Shown here piece after piece: positions 52,895 to 64,000 of a stretch of 64,000 nucleotides of DNA (within the stretch, counting starts at the first letter, position 1; each line of letters begins with the position of its first letter). The notes below the pieces were generated by a model. It saw only the letters and a list, made by a program, of their open reading frames with translations. It was not told the origin of the DNA and made no database searches. This DNA comes from Eledone cirrhosa (lineage: Eukaryota): the NCBI GenBank assembly GCA_964016885.1, contig OZ024741.1, forward strand, positions 373,674,001 to 373,738,000, read 5' to 3'. The position numbers were made by a program, and so were the translations under genes.

Positions 52895-53440
52895 GACTCT
52901 TCTGTTGCTTCATCTTCATAAGCCAGTTTGTTGGAAGGTGGGTGAGAGGGGCAAGAATGGCCCGTGTGAATGGGTCTACCCTGAGCGTGTGCATCGTAGG
53001 AGGAAAACTGGAAGAGAGCATTTGCCCTAGCGGTCAGGGTAACCGTGGCTTTTCTTGTGCGCTTTCTCCACGAGCGACTCTCGGAGGTCTCCCCCCCCCC
53101 CCCCCCATTGGGGAATCTTTTCATTGTTTCCTTTTTTTGTCACATACTCTGTTTTTGTTTTTTCTTTACACGCAGAAATGCCCATTTGTATTGTCCTGTA
53201 TTGTCCTGTGATGTCCTGTGATGTCCTTAATGTTATACTTTGTGTCAACTCTTGTGGTTAATATTATTATTATTATTATTGTTGTTTCTATGTCTTTTTT
53301 TTTCTTTTCTATATAAATAATAAAAATCTTTACACGCACAAAACCCACATCGTACCGTCCTGTACCGTCCTGTGCCGTCTGTAATGTTTTTCTTGATGTC
53401 AGCCCTTGTGGCCAATAAAGAAATCCTTATTATTACTATT
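52895..53440 (+). mobile_element. 3' end of a probable L1/Tx1-like LINE
   Basis: ORF end FVGRWVRGARMARVNGSTL followed by a pyrimidine-rich UTR ending AATAAAGAAAT and (TTA)n. A second 3'-end fragment lies at about 53510-53605. Clade assignment is from recollection only. Confidence 0.45.
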
Positions 53441-53721
53441 ATGTGTTATGCATGTATGTATCTATGCAGCTATCTATCTGTCTATCTATCTACCTGATTT
53501 TAAATTGCATTTGTGATAATATTTTACACGTTTTTATTGTATGTAAACTTCCCCCTTTGTATTTGTCCCCTTCTTTTGTGCCCCTGTGGCTAATAAAGAA
53601 ACATATCTATCTACCTGAGCATGCATCAATGTATGATTGTATGAGTTATGTATATATATATATATGTATGTACGTATGTATCTATGTATGTATGTTTGTA
53701 TGTATGTATGTATGTATATTT

Positions 53722-54976
53722 ATGTCAGGTCACCAGTTGGTGCTACTGGTAACATGTATCCCAGTACAACCTGTCCCATGGTCGGGTCGTTGGCGACTAA
53801 ACTGGCAACCCCACCAAGGTTTCTTGGTGAGGAGGGTGACTTTGGACATCCTGCAGGACTAAAAACAAAACCTGTCAAAGGAGCTCTTAAGAGCCAATTG
53901 CCATCCAAAATCACCGGGAGAGATGACCCCTTAGCCTTTGTCAGGGCAGAATTCTAGGAGAAGGAAAACTCTGATATAACACCTGCAACCCTGATGGTAT
54001 CCAATGATGTTGACTTGTTCTTCTTTTTGGTAAATATCATCTTGGTTAAGAGAGTGGGACTGGCTTTGTGCAGTGCCTTTGCTCACTATAAAAGCTTCAC
54101 GGCACAGGTATTGCTTTATATCTGGAGATCTCTCTGCACTTGTTGTCACATGGTACCATGGGTCCAGCACTGTGTCAATAATTGTCACAAGTGTAGTGTT
54201 TGTACCAGAGTGCATCGGTAGGGGTTCTCTCCTACATGGATGTAATGTGGTGGCCGTACTCGAAAACGAGTTGGCAGCCACCACCATGTATGTATGTACA
54301 TGTATGTGTATGTATGTGCATGTGTATGTGTGTATGTGCGTATATATGTATGTATGTATGTATGCATGTACGTGTATGTGTGTATGTACGTATATATGTA
54401 TGTATGTATGTGTGCATGTACATGTATATGTGTATGTACGTATATATGTATGTGTATGTGTGGGTATGTACGTATGTGTGTATGTATATGTATGTATATG
54501 TATATGTATGTATATGTATCAAAGGGCAAAGGAGCTCTTAAGAGTCAATGGCTATCCAAAATCACCGGGAGACATGACCCCCTTAGCCTTTGTCAAGGCA
54601 GAATTCTAGGAGAAGGAAAACTCTGATATAACACCTGCAACCCTGATGATATCCAATGATGTTGACTTGTTCTTCTTTTTGGTAAATATCATCTTGGTTA
54701 AGAGAGTGGGACTGGCCTTGTGCAGTGCCTTTGCTCACTATAAAAGCTTCACGGCACAGGCATTGCTTTATATCTGGAGATCTCTCTGCACTTGTCGTCA
54801 CATGGTACCATGGGCACAGCACCATGTGTCAATAATTGTCACAAGTGTAGTGTTTGTACCAGAGTTTTCAAGCTGGCTGGACTAAAAAGTCACACTCGTT
54901 CAGCGCATCGGTAGGGGTTCTCCTACATGGATATAAAGTAGTGGCCGTACTCGAAAACGAGTTGGCAGCCACCATG
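53722..54976 (+). mobile_element. Tandem pair of the RTE-related retroposon (53722-54288 and 5'-truncated 54518-54976) separated and flanked by (TATG)n
   Basis: Directly similar to each other and to 36721-37333. The first copy lacks about 40 bp present in the other two. Confidence 0.8.
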
Positions 54977-55890
54977 TATGTATATATGTATGTATGTATC
55001 TATTTATCTATCTATCTATCTATGCATATATGTTTTATGTATGTACTATCTATCTGTCTATTATGTATGTATGTATGTATGTATGTATGTATGTATGTAT
55101 GTATGTATGTATGTATGTATGTATGTATGTATGTGTGTATGCATGTATGTATGTATGTGTGTGTGTGTATGTATGTGTGTATGTATGTATGTATGTATGT
55201 ATGTATGTATGTGTGTGTGTCTGTGTAGGTATGTGTGTATGTATGTATATATGTATGTATGTATATATGTATGTATGTATGTACGTATGTATGTATATAT
55301 GTATTATGTATGTATGCATATGAGGAAACTGGGATAACTTCGATATAAAACCTGCGGCTCAGTAGTTACCGATGATGTTGATCTTTTCTTCTTTTCGGGT
55401 TATAGCTACTGTCGCTCAGAGAGTGGGATTGGCTCAATGCACAGTCTTTCCTCACTTTAAAAAATATCTTCACTCACAGGCATTGCACGATAGAATTAAT
55501 TAATAATTATTAATAATGGTATATCGTGCAATAACGAGGGGGCAGCCATCATGTATGTATGTATGTTATGTGTGTATGCATGTATACCTATATGTAATGG
55601 CCGACGGTAACAGCACGAACCAGCCCATGAAATGTTGTCATTCTATAATTGTATTCTACAATTGTTCTACTTATCTCCTGTATTCACCACCCTTCATGTA
55701 TTACATGTAGGAATGTAGAATTCCGCGACTATACCACCAGAATAGAAACAAAAAACGAGGAAGAATTTGTTTTTCGTGCTTTAACAAAGAATTTAAGATA
55801 ATTTATAAATAAAATAAACAAAAGTCGGTTCATCATTGGAACTTCTTCCCAAAGTTCCTATCCAATTTTTTCCGTCCCGTGCAAAGTAAA

Positions 55891-56560
55891 TAATTGTTTC
55901 TACTTTGGGCACAAGGTCAGCAATTACGCAGTGCATTACTGGTACTTTATTTTATCGACCCCGTAAGGATGAAAGGCAACGTTAACCTCGGAGGGACTTG
56001 AACTCAGACCATAAAGGGCCGTAACTCTATGCTGCAAAGCATAGAGTACGACTCTTTACCAATACTGCCAAAGGAATGAAAGTAATAATGATTTCTACTG
56101 TAGGCACAAGGCCAGCAATTTTTTTTTTGGGGGGGGGGGGTCGATTAAATCGACCCCAGTACATTACTGGTGCTTTATTTTATCGACACTATAAGGATTA
56201 AAGGCAAAGCTGACCTTGGCGGGATTTGAACTCAGAACGTAAAGGGTCATACTTCTATGCTGCAAAACATTGTGTCTGGCGCTCTACAGATACTGCCAAT
56301 CCGCCGCCAGGAATGAAAATAATAATGGTTTCTTATATAGGCACAAGGCCAGCAATTTTGGGGGGAAGGGAAAGTCGATTAAATTGACCCCAGTGTGTGA
56401 CTGATGCTTTATTTTATCGACCCCGTAAGGATGAAAGGCAAAGTTAACCTCGGCGGGATTTGAACTCATATCATAAAGGGCCGTAACTCTATGCTGCAAA
56501 GCATTGTGTATGGAGCTCTACCGATACTGCCAATCCACCACCAGGAATGAAAGTAATGAG
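55891..56560 (-). mobile_element. Three SINE family A copies in tandem
   Basis: Each copy is followed by AGGAATGAAA(G/A)TAAT (about 56072, 56309 and 56543). Confidence 0.85.
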
Positions 56561-57267
56561 AAAACATTAAAGAAAATACTTTTCTTCCTGGTCCTGCTAG
56601 ATACATTAAATACTCACTGTCAGAGAATATAGGGGATAGTTAAGTAATCAGAAATATATTTACCATAAGGATAGCTCTAACCTGTAGTGGCACTGGCCTA
56701 GTGGTAAGGGTGGTAAATCTACAAATATTCTATCTTCAACCATTCTTAATCATACCATCTCCACTATAAACCTTGCTCTGCGTCAGGGCTAGCTAGATTA
56801 TCTCTATAGAATCTCCATGGTCGGATTAAGACATTTAGAGGCCCTAAGCACTGAAACAATTATGGTACCCCTATATATTGTATATGGAGTGGAGGCGCGT
56901 GACCTAGTGGACTTACGATCACAATGTCGTGATTTCTATTCCTAGACTGTGTTGTGTGTTGTGTTCTTAAGCAAAACACTTCATCTCACGTTGCTCCAAT
57001 ATACTCTGAAAATGAGTACCAGCAATAGCTGGGGGTTTAACCATGCGATGGACTAGCGCCCTGTCGAGTGGTGAGTCTTGTACTCTCAGTCGCTTAACGC
57101 CACGAAACCGGAATAAGTACCGGCCTGATGAGGCTCGAGACAGACTTTAGACTTTTAGATTAGCTCTAACCAGTAATTATAAGCCGCTATAACATTTTGG
57201 TTAAAAGTATCCCTTTCATGATAGAAAATTGTAGAGAAAACCTATTACTTTGTTTATTTTGGTTAAG

Positions 57268-57540
57268 AATTACCGACTTCTTCCGGAAAATTGGGAGGAG
57301 TGCATCCCGCCTGAGGAATGAGAGAGATGGAGTGGCTGATGCAGCAGGTGTCGCTGGCTGTTCTCCGTTGCAATACTTTCACTATTTTGTCCGCGTGGCA
57401 CAGCTGAGATATACCAGCTAGACTAGAGTGTAGAGTCTGCCGCTTCCTCCTTTTCCTTACTTGCGCTATTTCATTCATTCTTTCCTTTTTTTCTTTGTTT
57501 TATTGCAATCCAATTAATATTTGTTGAATAAAGATAATAA
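57268..57540 (+). mobile_element. Third CRE-clade 3' fragment with 3'UTR
   Basis: TDFFRKIGRSASRLRNER/EMEWLMQQVSLAVLRCNTFTILSA matches ELEWLFQRVSLAVLRGNAFSILSA of the 25.6-kb element. Confidence 0.8.
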
Positions 57541-58497
57541 TCAATCCAATTTTTTTTTTTTATTGTTTTCATTTTTTACACCAAACCATCTGAAACCGCC
57601 CCTGGTTCCACGATATAAAGCTGTTTATATTTATCTAGAAACTTCCATCATAATTTTATGTAAGAACCTTTAAGTTATTTTGCAAACATCAACTTAATAT
57701 AATTTTATCTGGCTCTATGGAGCCGGAGAAAGTTACTACTCTCTATGGAGTAGAACTCATAATGGAGTCGTAGGGGCGGCGTACTGTCATAGAGTGTGTT
57801 GAGGGTATTTAAAACCTGGTAGAGTCCATCTCCTCTCCAGATCTGAACACAGTTGATTTGTTCCATAGAAGGAGAGAGAGTAAGAATGAATAGAGAGGAA
57901 GTGAGAGATATAGAGAAGAATCGACCTCAGTACTAGACTGGTACTTTTTATGAACCACGAAAGGATGAAAGGTAGAGTTTCGAACTCAAAGCGAAGATAC
58001 AGAACACATACCGGAAAAAGGTCTATCCGATGTTCCAACGACTCTGTCAATTTGCCGCAAATTACTACGTCACTCTAAATTATTGATTATTTCCAAGATT
58101 ATTTGAAAACTATAGGCAATTCATACTTACATATTTTAGTACTACTAAACTCTTTTGTTAACGCTTGTAACCTACAATTCTTTGACCATTTCATTTGACT
58201 TATCTACAACAACAGTCCATTCCTCTTCTTTCCTATTTAATACGAACTAAACAAGCCACTATAGAAATCATGTATCATGCAGCTATGGTGTCTACAGAGA
58301 TTTTGTTCAATATATTGAGTGACATAGCTTGCTAAGGAGGCGCCGAATTGGCTGAGTCCTTGTTGGACAGTGTGTTTTGCGGTATTTGTTCCGGCGATCT
58401 ACGCTCTGAGTTCAAAACCCACCGAGATCAACTTTGCTTTTCATCGATAGAAATGTACCAGTCCAGTACTGAGGTCAATTCTATCTTTATATCTCTT

Positions 58498-58544
<47 letters not shown>

Positions 58545-58546
<2 letters not shown>

Positions 58547-58748
58547 GAAAATGTTCAAGACCCCGACGGCAGAGCTCAAACCGTTTCGACGTCTATTTCT
58601 GGAATAGCCGTTTCCAGAAATAGCCGTCGAAACGGCTTGAGCTCTGCCGTCGGGGTCTTGAACATTTTCCTATTACCCACTCTACTACCCTAAGTATTCA
58701 GTACTGTGGTGCATTATGGTACACCCTGGTTCCTTACCACACTTCCTT

Positions 58749-58752
<4 letters not shown>
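58545..58752. mobile_element. Fold-back (58545-58671) containing the 3' half of a hammerhead motif in both arms, plus a tail
   Basis: AATAGCCGTC GAAA CGGC-TTGAGCTCT-GCCG TC GGGGT. Fragments of the same family lie at 41202-41262 and 50310-50410, all beside (TA)n. Confidence 0.7.
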
Positions 58753-58794
<42 letters not shown>

Positions 58795-58957
58795 AATTAG
58801 TATATCTACCAACATATATATACAGATGCATACCTATGCTAGCAAATATATAGGTTTTGTCTTAGTAACTTTGTGGTTCAATGCAAGGGGATGCAGAACA
58901 ATTATATGAAAGACGTAGAATAAGAAAAATATATTACGTCTTTATTTTACGTCTTTC

Positions 58958-58991
<34 letters not shown>

Positions 58992-59086
58992 ACAGAGAGA
59001 GAGACAGAGAAATAAATATACATATGTATATATATATGTATAGAGGAAGAGACAGAAATAAATATATATATATATCTTTCTCACTC

Positions 59087-59147
<61 letters not shown>

Positions 59148-60226
59148 GAATAAACCAGCTGTATTCAGACCTGGAGAAACGATGGTCTCCACCAGCTTTA
59201 AAATACCCAAGACACGCTGTAGTCACGACGAGTTACGGGTCCTTACATACAAACATTCTTTTCTAGTTATCAAATAAGCTGCGAGACTCCATTTTAAAAT
59301 ATATTTCGTGTATTTTAGATTGGCTTTTGTTGCTGAACTAAGTTTGTTTGGGATTTGATTTGGCAATCATGCTATACCAGTTGGTAATTATTCATGAATA
59401 AGAATAAGAATATTATCTTCCGTCTTACTTCATTTGAAATTTACTTTCTATTGTCCTATAATAAAGAGCTGCTTCTGTTTACTTCCCCTCCAAATTATGC
59501 TTCATCTATTGGCCATTTACTCATAAAGAATGCGTAGCGTTGGTAAACATCAGACACATTTGCTAAAATCAATACGCTCCATTTATTAATTCCTCTTCAT
59601 TTCTCTAAGATATTCCCATCGTTAACGTTGTACATTTTATCAGGGGTTCTGTTTTGATGCTGAGAAAACTCTGTTCATACTGTTACGCTATTGATTATAA
59701 ATCTACATTATATCAACCGCAAGTACTCAGACTGTCTGATTCTTTGTTTGTTTGGAAATGGAGAAATTCTTCCTTCCTCAGCCAACGAGAACAGCGGTGT
59801 CCTGCTTTGTCTGAGATTTTTTTTTTAATGCTATAGTATTTTACTGATTTTAGTCATTAGACTGCGGTCAAGGGATTTTAGTCGATCATATCGTCTCCAT
59901 TACTTATTTACCGATCTCTCTTTTGTTGAACCGCTAAGTTAAACACAGGCACGAAGACACAAGGTCACACGGACATATTTTTCTATGTATGTATATATAT
60001 ATATACACACACACATATATATATATGTATACCCACACACACACACACATATATATATACACACACACACACATATATATATATACACAGACATACACAC
60101 ATATATATATATATACACACACATACATATATATATATATATACAGACACACACATATATACACACACATATTTATACACACACACATATATATATATAC
60201 ACACACATATATACACACACACATAT

Positions 60227-60337
<111 letters not shown>

Positions 60338-60452
60338 TGTATATATAGTGTATTTTGCAATACACTGTATGCTTAATTTAAAGCATTTTGAAGACCTTAC
60401 GCTATTGTTTTAGAGTAGTGACAGTCTCATTTACCTGTCAGGTGGAGTACTT

Positions 60453-60497
60453 AGCTTTGATAAGTACCAAATAGTACGAAACAGAGCTCTGTCAGCT
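60453..60497 (+). ncRNA. Compact U3:A8 hammerhead motif in the loop of a fold-back with arms of about 100 bp (60333-60434 and 60528-60630)
   Basis: AGCT TTGATAA GTAC-CAAATA-GTAC GAAA CAGAGCTCTG TC AGCT. All three stems pair perfectly. Confidence 0.85.
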
Positions 60498-60656
60498 TTA
60501 TCTCCCCCTGTTTGCTGAAAATTTAAAGTAAGTGAGACTGTCACTACTCTAAAACAATAGCGTAAGGTCTTCAAAATGCTTTTAATTAAGCATACAGTGT
60601 ATTGCAAAATACACTATATATACATTCATATATATATCGCTATGTCAGAGCACCAA

Positions 60657-60687
<31 letters not shown>

Positions 60688-60688
<1 letters not shown>

Positions 60689-61470
60689 ACGCATAATTGG
60701 GAATATAATCACTTATTTCCTAATGTTTGTTGAGTGAGTTGGAATTTGGCCGGAGTATCGCTAAAAAGCTTTCTCCGATATTGTATTTATTTATTTATTC
60801 TTGGCGCAGCAGAATTGAAATTTTCCCGGTATAAGGTTAGAATTTCTTTGTTTATTTTTTATATATGAATATTGATTGTTCCTTATATCTCATTCTGTTA
60901 TTTTGCCCGAGAAAATATCTGTGTGTGTCACCAAATGTTGTACACACATAGATATTTTTTCAATTTCCAATTTAGTTCTTAACACGTGGCCTGAATTCCT
61001 TTTAGAATTCATTGTCATGCGCAAGTATTGTTTTTTTGGCGGTAATTTACTTCCTCATTTTTGAATGAACTGCTGGACTGGCAACCTGACAGATACCTCA
61101 GGTACAGATGAGGATTATCGCTAAATACTGATGTTGGTTAGATTATCAATATTAGTATTATTGGGGCACCTACTGATGAATTATAGGAGCCCACTTGAAT
61201 ATATATCTATTGATGGTTTACAAGCTCCTACATAAATTAGTATAATTTAACCCAATTTGTAGGAATCCTATAATGAAACGAGACGTCCGGCTGGGAAGAG
61301 ATATATTCGATATGTCTCATATGAAATAATACAGCCAATTTTCCACGCAATACTTTTAGTTAGCACCCCGAACGCATAATTGGGAATATAATCACTTATT
61401 TCCTAATGTTTGTTGAGTTGGAATTTGGCCGGAGTATCGCTAAAAAGCTTTCTCCGATATTGTATTTATT
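60688..61470 (+). mobile_element. Non-coding element with terminal direct repeats of about 100 bp, inserted in (TA)n, containing a hammerhead-like core
   Basis: Direct repeats at 60688-60790 and 61371-61470. Core reads CTGATGA(61173) ATTATAGGA..TCCTATAAT GAAA(61275) CGAGACGTC. Confidence 0.7.
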
Positions 61471-61516
61471 ATATAAATATATATATATAAATATATACAT
61501 ATATGTATATATATAT

Positions 61517-61621
<105 letters not shown>

Positions 61622-62136
61622 AATAAATATATATATATATAAATATATATATATACATATATATATATATACGTATATACGTATATATATATATACATAT
61701 GTGTATATATATATACATATATATACATATATATATGAAGCAAAGAAAATTTCAGTGATACGAAAGATTTCCTGGTGGAAATTCAGGTCTGCTCCAGGTT
61801 GGTATCCAGTTTCGGGGTGAAAATCCAATGGATAGATACAGAGAGGGAGAGAGAGGGGTTGTAACTTACCAGTTTAGACTAGTTAGATTATGTTCAGCTA
61901 TCTACCCGATACTTGGGAAAGTAGTGTATTTATAGTGAAAGGTTAGTGCCCGACCGCTGAGTTCATGCTGTTTCAATTCTGATTTTTCGTTGAATCAACA
62001 CTTCTGACGAGTAGATCTATGCTGGGGCAGAGTCAATAGCTTCCATGAGTGACTTTGAGTCAACCATTAGTGAAACGTACGTAACAGGCCGATAATCAAT
62101 AAAGGCATGGAAACGAAACTTCATCGTTTTTTCTCT

Positions 62137-62259
<123 letters not shown>

Positions 62260-62989
62260 CTATGTATGTATGAAAGTCAGTCAGATATCAAACCTGTTCT
62301 TTTTGGGGGATAAACCAGTTCTTTTGGGGTAAACCAGTTCTTTTTTTGAGGTAAATGCATTAGGTGTTCAGAGAGTGGGATTGGCTCCGTGCAAAGCCTT
62401 TACTCACTTAAAAAAGCTTCAAGCACAGGCATCGCTTAATATGTGACATTTTTTTTTTTTTTGCGATGCATGGTATTGCTGGCCATATGCAATTCCATAG
62501 CAGGACTAAAAAGCCACGTCCGTGATGCTCATGCTTAAGTATCAAGCGATGGCATTACACGAAATCGAGTTACAGCCATCATATGTGTGTGTGGGGTGGG
62601 GGTGGGGGATACGTATGTATGTACGTATCTTCTTATACGGGCTGTTGTTTGCTCTTAGCCAGTGTCCTGTCGTGTGTAGTGTTCCGTGATTAATGGCTGT
62701 CTGTTGACTATTTGTAAAATATCTTCATTTTTGACGTTATCAGTTCGTTTACTCAGACCTGTCAACTCTTCCTGTCTAACGAGGAGATCTCTCACACATT
62801 TTGGAGTGGGTGAGAGATGTCTTCTCTTGTGAAAATGGGTATTGCTTTTATTTTGTAAAAACTCCCCATTTTGCCTCATTTCTCCCTGTTTGGAGGCACT
62901 TTTTTACATGGTACTCCCCGTTTGGGTTTGTAGAGCTTAGCAGATCTGGTGACTGCCCACTCGGCTCTACAAACCAATATAAACCGTGT

Positions 62990-63400
62990 GAAGAAATCAA
63001 AAAGTTCTAGTTTTAGATTTACTCTAATGTTGGGTGACTTCCATGTTTTGAAGTTGCCAGAATTTCTCAAAGGGTATTGCACACAGTTGTCTGAAATCAT
63101 CAAATGAAGAACTGACTTTGGAACCAAGATGTTTAAAGTGTTCAACGGTGTCAATGATCAGGCCATTCGACATTTGAATGTTATTTATGTTAAGGCCTAG
63201 GAATTTCGTTTTGGTATAGTTGATGTTAAGTCCAACTCGTAGTGCCTTCTTTTCTGTTCTATGGAGGTGTTAGATAGCTTCTAGAAAATAATTCAACAGA
63301 GCAATATCATCTGCTAAATCCAAGTCGGGAAGTGTGTAACCTATATGTGTCTGTAGACCGTACTCTAGGTTTTCCAAGACGTAATACAGTTCAATAATGA
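62990..63400 (-). pseudogene. Degenerate RTE-type LINE reverse transcriptase fragment
   Basis: LPDLDLADDIALL (the xADD RT motif) followed by broken GLNINYTKTKF-like sequence. Confidence 0.75.
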
Positions 63401-63424
63401 AGAGAGAGAGCGAGAGAGGCGGGG

Positions 63425-63699
63425 TATGGAAACATATATAAACATATATATGTTTATATACAATAAACATATGGATAGCTTCACTGCCGGAGAACAAATA
63501 TTTCTTCGTAACGAAAAAAAAAAAAATCATCTTTATTTTTCCTCTGTGAATATAGCAGAGATTTTTTGTTTTGTTGTTTTCTTTGTTTTGTTTTTTTTTT
63601 GTTTTACCGTTACGAAGAAATATTTGTTCTTCGGCAGTGAGGCTACCCATATGTTTGTTGTATATAAACATATTATAGATGTTTATAGATGTTTTCATA
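63425..63699. repeat. Fold-back with arms of about 90 bp (63425-63513 and 63608-63699)
   Basis: CACTGCCGGAGAACAAATATTTCTTCGTAACG / CGTTACGAAGAAATATTTGTTCTTCGGCAGTG. No HHR core seen. Confidence 0.85.
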
Positions 63700-63871
63700 T
63701 ATCTATATCTAATATACTTAAACGCTGTCGTAGAGCTACCACCAATTATATATATATATAATCTATATAATGTAGGCTGTCTGAATACACGTGCTTTTCC
63801 TAAAAAGGTTCTTCCGTTACTTCCTCCTCTCACTCTTTATCTTCATATTTCGTCTTATATTTCTCATTCTA

Positions 63872-63907
63872 TCTTCTGATGAAGGGCTAGTGTCCGAAAC
63901 GTAAAGA
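63872..63907 (+). ncRNA. Minimal Penelope-type hammerhead motif
   Basis: TCTT CTGATGA A GGG-CTAGTG-TCC GAAA CG TA AAGA. Decayed relatives with the same tail lie on the minus strand at about 6675-6750 and 42823-42900. Confidence 0.75.
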
Positions 63908-64000
63908 CTATTTTCCTATTATATCAAGCGTTAAACTAATGTATATCTATCTTCCTTGTACTGTGTCGTTTTGCTGTATTATTTCCGTTTACTTTTCGCC

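Noticed and set aside
57095-57140. GAAACCGG..CCGGCCTGATGAG as a type II/III hammerhead
   Set aside because: It is part of a CORE-SINE 3' tail, and stems I and III with an NUH site cannot both be formed.
59280-59600. Possible GIY-YIG endonuclease remnant (minus strand)
   Set aside because: Only a few residues resemble the motif, and it is too decayed to call by eye.

Overview
AT-rich, repeat-saturated eukaryotic genomic DNA with no intact protein-coding gene. The tRNA-derived SINE families, RTE tails and (TA)n/(TATG)n load suggest an octopus or other cephalopod (inference). It is probably intronic, since there are two weak micro-exon candidates on the minus strand. Recognisable parts include dozens of SINE copies, a head-to-tail Helitron pair, two deleted mariners with 103-bp TIRs, three CRE-clade non-LTR fragments, RTE/Tx1/Penelope remnants, hAT/Tc1/piggyBac MITEs, a 3.3-kb 33-bp satellite and a tRNA-Gly(TCC) copy. 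The main unexplained structure is a set of about 15 sequence-unrelated hammerhead-ribozyme (HHR) motifs, several with the U3:A8 core variant and palindromic stem III. They lie in short non-coding islands in or beside (TA)n tracts, often inside fold-back palindromes (one is a perfect 740-bp palindrome) or between terminal direct repeats. This points to a diverse Penelope-like/retrozyme-like, microsatellite-associated, self-cleaving RNA element system. All folds were worked out by hand and none is tested. Nearly all ORFs in the track are microsatellite artefacts.
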